A stretch of 64,000 bases of DNA from Acidimicrobiaceae bacterium. Lineage in GTDB: Bacteria > Actinomycetota > Acidimicrobiia > Acidimicrobiales > Aldehydirespiratoraceae. The notes under the pieces are model-generated. The model was not told the origin of the DNA and ran no database searches. It worked only from the letters and a program-made list of their open reading frames with translations. The stretch covers positions 85,606 to 149,605 of the forward strand of contig JAPPMP010000024.1 in NCBI GenBank assembly GCA_028819005.1. The letters are read 5' to 3'. Both the position numbers and the translations under genes were made by a program. Shown here in pieces: positions 62,918 to 64,000 of this stretch (its first letter is position 1; the number at the start of each line of letters is the position of its first letter).

Positions 62918-64000
62918 GTGAGAGCGACCTTTGTTGAGACCGCAAGTGACGGAGGGGCTCGAACGGGTGTCGTAACGACGGCCCGGGGACAGTTCACCAC
63001 GCCCCGGTTCATGCCGGTCGGAACCCGCGGCGCGGTCCGCCATTTGACGTCGGCTGACCTTGAGGCCCTCGGAGCCGAGGTGATACTGGCCAACACCTAT
63101 CACCTGATGCTGCGCCCGGGTGCCGGCGTCATCTCTGGACTGGGCGGAATCCACAGCTTCGTCGACTTCAACAACCATGTCCTGACGGACTCCGGCGGCT
63201 ATCAGATCTTCTCGTTGAAGCCTCGGATCGACGACGATGGCGCCACTTTCAAATCGACCTACGACGGTTCCGCGCACCGGCTCACGCCTGAGAAAGCCGT
63301 CGATGTCCAGGCACTCATCGGAGCCGACGTCCAGATGGTGCTCGACGTGTGCCCTTCTGCAGTTGCAGAACGCGAGGTTCTGCGCTCGGCGGTCGAGCGC
63401 ACCGCGTCATGGGCGGCAAGGGGGCGCCGGGCGTTCCTGGAGCATCCGTCTGCGGCCCAGCGTCAGAGCCAGTTCGGAATAGTCCAAGGTGGAGTCGACG
63501 AAGCGCTGCGGGTCGAGTCGGCTCGGCGGACCGTGGCCATCGACTTCGACGGATACGCGGTGGGAGGGCTGTCCGTGGGAGAGGACCGCGAGCAGATGCT
63601 GGCGGGCCTCGACGCCTGCATCGACATCCTGCCGCGCGATCAGCCGCGCTATTTCATGGGCCTCGGGGACCCCGTGGGGATAGTCGAATCAGTGGCACGC
63701 GGCGTCGACATGTTCGACTGCGTTCTTCCCACACGACTCGCCCGCCACGGCACGGTCCTCACCGACGACGGCAAGTACAACCTGCGCCGAGCAGAATTTG
63801 CCGACAGCGACGAGCCCCTGGACAGGTCCTGGGCAGACAGTCCCGCCAATCGCTGGTCCCGCGGATACCTGCGGCACCTGCTCTCGGCCAAGGAACCCAC
63901 CGCAGCCCGTATTCTGACGCTGCACAACCTCGCCTGGCTCTTTCGATTCATGGAGCAGGCGTCGCAGGCAGTCGACGCCGGGGAATTCGAGATCTTCCGA
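62918..64000 (+). CDS. tgt: Queuine tRNA-ribosyltransferase, 5' 361 codons (runs off the window end)
   Basis: Own translation from GTG 62918 (in-frame TAG at 62906): VRATFVETASDGGARTGVVTTARGQFTTPRFMPVGTRGAV..ILANTYHLMLRPG..LTDSGGYQIFSL... Open to 64000. Not in the ORF track because it has no stop. Confidence 0.9.
   Translation, partial: MRATFVETASDGGARTGVVTTARGQFTTPRFMPVGTRGAVRHLTSADLEALGAEVILANTYHLMLRPGAGVISGLGGIHSFVDFNNHVLTDSGGYQIFSLKPRIDDDGATFKSTYDGSAHRLTPEKAVDVQALIGADVQMVLDVCPSAVAEREVLRSAVERTASWAARGRRAFLEHPSAAQRQSQFGIVQGGVDEALRVESARRTVAIDFDGYAVGGLSVGEDREQMLAGLDACIDILPRDQPRYFMGLGDPVGIVESVARGVDMFDCVLPTRLARHGTVLTDDGKYNLRRAEFADSDEPLDRSWADSPANRWSRGYLRHLLSAKEPTAARILTLHNLAWLFRFMEQASQAVDAGEFEIFR

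Noticed and set aside
1-64000. tRNA, rRNA, tmRNA, transposase or integrase genes, prophage or defence-system genes
   Set aside because: I found no T-loop/acceptor-like tRNA signatures, no rRNA-like stretches, and no nuclease, helicase, methylase, recombinase or reverse-transcriptase-like ORFs while reading both strands. Absence by eye is not proof; tRNAscan-SE, Infernal and DefenseFinder should confirm.

Overview
This is a high-GC, densely coding actinobacterial chromosomal segment. I call about 56 CDS, many joined by 1-4 nt stop/start overlaps. I saw no rRNA, tRNA, CRISPR array, transposase or integrase.

Gene content, left to right:
- 1-6305 (-): a Liv-type ABC importer operon with an embedded acyl-CoA ligase.
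- 6476-15939: two amidohydrolase_2 paralogs and a SnoaL-like gene. They flank a two-gene molybdopterin oxidoreductase, in which the 4Fe-4S subunit is fused to an NrfD-like membrane anchor and the catalytic subunit has no Tat leader. An Lrp/ald divergent pair also lies here.
- 16173-24808: an AraC regulator, a PLP aromatic-amino-acid decarboxylase, an alpha/beta hydrolase and a second Liv-type ABC system with a permease-ATPase fusion.
- 24831-29137: a MenJ-like reductase, TauD, Ung and MenB.
- 29566-32799: four uncharacterised membrane or anchored proteins, including an HTTM/VKGC-like candidate.
- 33018-45694: ADH, H+-pyrophosphatase, 5-FTHF cyclo-ligase, trkA plus two trkH genes, an M18 aminopeptidase, InhA-type enoyl reductase, an F420-type reductase and MshC.
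- 45939-64000: the conserved actinobacterial block thrS-HIT-pgsA1-patA-pimA...pdxS-pdxT-yebC-ruvCAB-queA-tgt. It is interrupted by two SLH-anchored surface proteins (one RCC1-like propeller, one class-A beta-lactamase-like), a degenerate M48 homolog and a DUF3048 lipoprotein.

MshC, PI/PIM genes, an InhA type and an F420-type reductase indicate Actinobacteria. Class-level placement cannot be decided from the sequence alone.

The most unusual signal not explained by genes is a set of near-perfect intergenic tandem repeats with 42, 61 and 71 nt units, plus two dispersed elements. Several of the tandem arrays duplicate gene termini and create mini-ORFs whose stops overlap the next gene's start, as described for MIRU elements.

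No clear defence or mobile system was found. The best candidates for undescribed biology are the HTTM-like four-gene cluster beside the menaquinone genes, the cytoplasm-facing fused Mo-enzyme complex, and the repeat family.

All calls rest on motif recognition by eye. No database search was run.
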